DNA of 64,000 nt from Macrostomum lignano (Eukaryota). The position numbers were made by a program, and so were the translations under genes. The notes beneath the pieces are model-generated. The model had not been told where the DNA came from. It worked only from the letters and a program-made list of their open reading frames with translations, and did not search any database. Shown one piece after another: positions 60,525-64,000 of the stretch (position 1 is its first letter; each line of letters starts with the position of its first letter). The stretch covers positions 1 through 64,000 of the forward strand of contig NIVC01002026.1 of NCBI GenBank assembly GCA_002269645.1. Direction: 5' to 3'.

Positions 60525-60855
60525 CTCTGTCTCTCTTCACATCTCTTCTCTCTTCACATCTCTTCTCTCTTCACATCTCTTCTCTCTTCAAAGCTCTTCT
60601 CTCTTCACATCTCTTCTCTCTTCACATCTCTTCTCTCTTCACATCTCTTCTCTCTTTACATCTCTTCTCTCTTCACATCTCTTCTCTCTTCACATCTCTT
60701 CTCTCTTCACATCTCTTCTCTCTTCACATCTCTTCTCTCTTCACATCTCTTCTCTCTTCACATCTCTTCTCTCTTCACATCTCTCCTTTCTTCACATCTC
60801 TTCTCTCTTCACATCTCTTTTCTCTTCACATCTCTTCTTTCTTCACATCTCTTCT
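60525..60855. repeat. 17-bp pyrimidine repeat (CTCTTCTCTCTTCACAT)
   Basis: Seen directly. Confidence 0.95.
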
Positions 60856-62598
60856 ACGCCTCCCCTGAAGAGAGAATTCGGTCGATACAATATGCCCTGA
60901 AAACTACTGATTTCCCATGAATCTGTGACCCAGCAGAAGTCTAAAAAAGCAATCCTAGAAATCCTATCGCATTGTCTGCACAGTGTACAGGCATGCAATT
61001 AGTACAGTGACTTTAGTTGATATCGGTGTAGAATGAAACTAATCCATTCTGCCAGAGCCTCAGAAGTTGGCCTTCATGGCTGAGAATGGCCTCAGGCCAA
61101 TCGCACGGAATCGAACCAACTATACATGCATAAATTTTCGCAAGAGGCAGCTGCTCAGCCTCTCAATTGCAGTCTCGGGCTTCATCAGTTGTTTATTATT
61201 AAAGTGCAGCCGAGCTCTGGCAGCCCATCTCAATTCTGTCCAGCTCTCGGCCTGCCCAGGACAGTGTGGGACTCACATGTAGGCTGATTTTGGATTTCAC
61301 ACGGTTTATCTGTGCACTGCGGCTGCCTGGCTTTTTTTATTGCATTTTGCATTTGGTGACCGGCACTTTAGCATTTCACTGCTGAGATTTGTCAACTCGA
61401 CAGCTCAGCTTCTCTACTCTCTATAAGATCCCAGCTCAGATCATGCAGAATCCGCTCAATAAACGCTTGTTTTCTCATGCTTCGAGAAAGCGCTAAACTA
61501 TCAAAAAAGTGCAGCTGGCTGGCAGCTCAGCCTCCGCCCGTCATCTCTGAGCACAGAAGCGAAGGTGCAGTGAGGGGGCAGGCAGGGTGCTCAAGCACAA
61601 TGCAGAGTCTCCATTGTGCGAGGCTGGGGCTGCAACTCATTCGGGAGCAGCCGCCACTGCAGCCTCAGACAGCTCAGGTGTGCGCTGCTCATCTCTGCAG
61701 CCTCATCGCTAATTAAATCTCCAACCTTCATCTGGAACGGCCCCACCCAGCTCAGCACTCGCAGTGCGACAGTCTGGCCTGATAAAAGCAGCCGGCAAAG
61801 AGAAAACTGATCGAGTTCGCAATCACCCCATACTGGCCTGTCGAACCACCCAAACCCCCGGCAACTCCTGCCTGCCTGAGACAATAAACAAGTCCAGCTA
61901 CAATGCAACTCCACCCAGCTCACTACTCAAAACAGAGACCGAGCTCTGCAGGGAGGCTGGCAGAGCGGTGCGCCGGCCTGAGAATAGCGAGCGAGCAGAG
62001 ATAATTACTGCTTGAGGTTGAGCTGGCCTCTCTAACCACCCGCTCCCTACAGCTCAAGACTGCGTTTTGTCCTAAATAAGCCATTGTTGCCATGCTTGAA
62101 TCTCAGAATTTGATGGCTCTCAGGCCATTCAGTGCGGCTCAAAGCCTGTCTGTTGCTGCTGGCTGCAGGTGGCAGGAGTGCAAAATGCAGTGAGTTGCTG
62201 CGGCCGAGAGCTGGACAGAATTGAGATGGGCTGCCAGAGCTCGGCTGCACTTTAATAATAAACAACTGATGAAGCCCGAGACTGCAATTGAGAGGCTGAG
62301 CAGCTGCCTCTTGCGAAAATTTATGCATGTATAGTTGGTTCGATTCCGTGCGATTGGCCTGAGGCCATTCTCAGCCATGAAGGCCAACTTCTGAGGCTCT
62401 GGCAGAATGGATTAGTTTCATTCTACACCGATATCAACTAAAGTCACTGTACTAATTGCATGCCTGTGCACTGTGCAGACAATGCGATAGGAATTCTAGG
62501 ATTGCTTTTTTAGACTTCTGCTGGGTCACAGATTCATGGGAAATCAGTAGTTTTCAGGGCATATTGTATCGACCGAATTCTCTCTTCAAGGGAGGCGT
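60856..62598. repeat. Long inverted repeat: 397-bp arms (60856-61252, 62202-62598) with a spacer of about 950 bp
   Basis: Arms are near-identical reverse complements. The same peptide MAFMAENGLRP.. appears on + (61067) and - (62387). Confidence 0.95.
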
Positions 62599-62807
62599 TC
62601 AATTCATTCTCTCTTCACACCTCTTCTCCCTTTAAATTTTAGACACTTTAGAGTCTTTAAGGCCCCACTTGCATAGCCGTAGCCATTTATTGACCATCCA
62701 TATTTTTATTATTTATTGTTTTTCATCCATTCTATTTATTTGCTCCGGGTCTGCAGGACCTGTGTGCCATCGAACTCTGCTCTCAGCCACCAATCTGTTT
62801 TTTAGAG

Positions 62808-63202
62808 TCTCTGACTCATCACACTGCACATGCACTCCATTCTCTGACTCATCACACTGCACATGCACTCCATTCTCTGACTCATCACACTGCACATGCA
62901 CTCCATTCTCTGACTCATCACACTGCACATGCACTCCATTCTCTGACTCATCACACTGCACATGCACTCCATTCTCTGACTCATCACACTGTACATGCAC
63001 TCCATTCTCTGACTCATCACACTGCACATGCACTCCATTCTCTGACTCATCACACTGTACATGCACTCCATTCTCTGACTCATCACACTGTACATGCACT
63101 CCATTCTCTGACTCATCACACTGTACATGCACTCCATTCTCTGACTCATCACACTGTACATGCACTCCATTCTCTGACTCATCACACTGTACATGCACTC
63201 CA
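62808..63202. repeat. 33-bp tandem repeat (CTCTGACTCATCACACTGCACATGCACTCCATT), about 12 copies
   Basis: Seen directly. Confidence 0.97.
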
Positions 63203-63424
63203 TTTGCGCAGTGCTGTATGCGCTTGTACATGTACAAGTTTTTGCATTATCGATTTTTGCACCCTGTCATTATCACCTCTAAATATTGACGGCAACTCGC
63301 TCAAATAAACTCTGCTTTACTCGGCCTGACGAAGAATTTACAGTATTCTAAATATTATCAAATTGAACTGAACTGACTTTTATCAGTCCTTTTTACCGAG
63401 CCAGTGCCTGAGACTGGAGGTGCC

Positions 63425-63532
63425 CTTCTCTCTCCTCTCTCTCTCCCTCTCTCTCTCCCCTCTCTCTCCCTCTCTCTCTGTCTCTCTCTCTCTCTCCTCT
63501 CTCTCTCCCCTCTCTCTCCCTCTCTCTCTCTG

Positions 63533-63563
<31 letters not shown>

Positions 63564-63565
63564 CC

Positions 63566-63611
<46 letters not shown>

Positions 63612-63613
63612 TA

Positions 63614-63645
<32 letters not shown>

Positions 63646-63711
63646 CCCTCTCTCCCCCTCTCTCCCCCTCTCTCCCCCCTCTCTCTCTCCCTCTCTCCCC
63701 CCCTCTCTCTC

Positions 63712-63759
<48 letters not shown>

Positions 63760-63815
63760 CTTTCCCCCTCTCTCTCTCTCCCTCTCTCCCCCCCTCTCTC
63801 TCTCTCTCTCCCCCC

Positions 63816-63847
<32 letters not shown>

Positions 63848-64000
63848 TCTCTCGCCCTCTCTCTCTCTCTCCCCCTCTCTTTACCCCCCTCTCTCTCTCT
63901 CTCTCTCTCCCTCTCTTTCCCCCTCTCTCTCTCTCCCTCTCTCCCCCCTCTCTCTCTCCCTCTCTCTCCCCCCTCTCTCTCTCTCTCTCTGTCTCTCTCT
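63425..64000. repeat. (CT)n-rich tract
   Basis: Seen directly. Confidence 0.96.

Noticed and set aside
60860-60900. Third hammerhead candidate (CTGAAGA..GATAC)
   Set aside because: GAAA is mutated, there is no UH site and no stem I pairing; mentioned only as context for the inverted repeat.
57202-60920. Long Leu/Ser/Phe-rich 'membrane protein' ORFs
   Set aside because: Translations of AG/CT low-complexity tracts.
62669-63289. SDSSHCTCTPF repeat ORF resembling a metal-binding protein
   Set aside because: 33-bp minisatellite with no exon boundaries or unique coding flanks.

Overview
Repeat-rich animal genomic DNA with spliceosomal introns, GC-rich exons and minisatellite-filled introns. The style suggests an invertebrate such as the flatworm Macrostomum, but that is inference only. 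By-eye splice models give six protein-coding loci: (1) a two-exon orphan gene (3824-5214,+); (2) a 6-exon DEG/ENaC channel (7031-11363,+); (3) a gene of 21 atypical 33-aa ankyrin-like repeats (12601-14811,-); (4) a 5-exon PIGW/GWT1 inositol acyltransferase (16125-21055,+); (5) a 3-exon, about 1169-aa fusion of 15 near-identical ankyrin repeats to a Mab-21/cGAS-like nucleotidyltransferase (32598-38104,+); (6) an intron-containing, frameshifted hAT/ZBED1-like transposase derivative (47669-51514,+). Mobile DNA includes a 3'-truncated R1/LOA-type LINE, two tRNA-derived SINEs, several TSD-flanked non-autonomous DNA elements carrying minisatellites, Penelope-type minimal hammerhead motifs and a 397-bp-arm inverted repeat. 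The best candidate for an undescribed system is the ankyrin-cGLR receptor, whose repeats vary almost only at the DARPin-type binding positions. No database searches or folding were run. All family calls rest on recognised motifs, and most listed ORFs over tandem repeats are artefacts.
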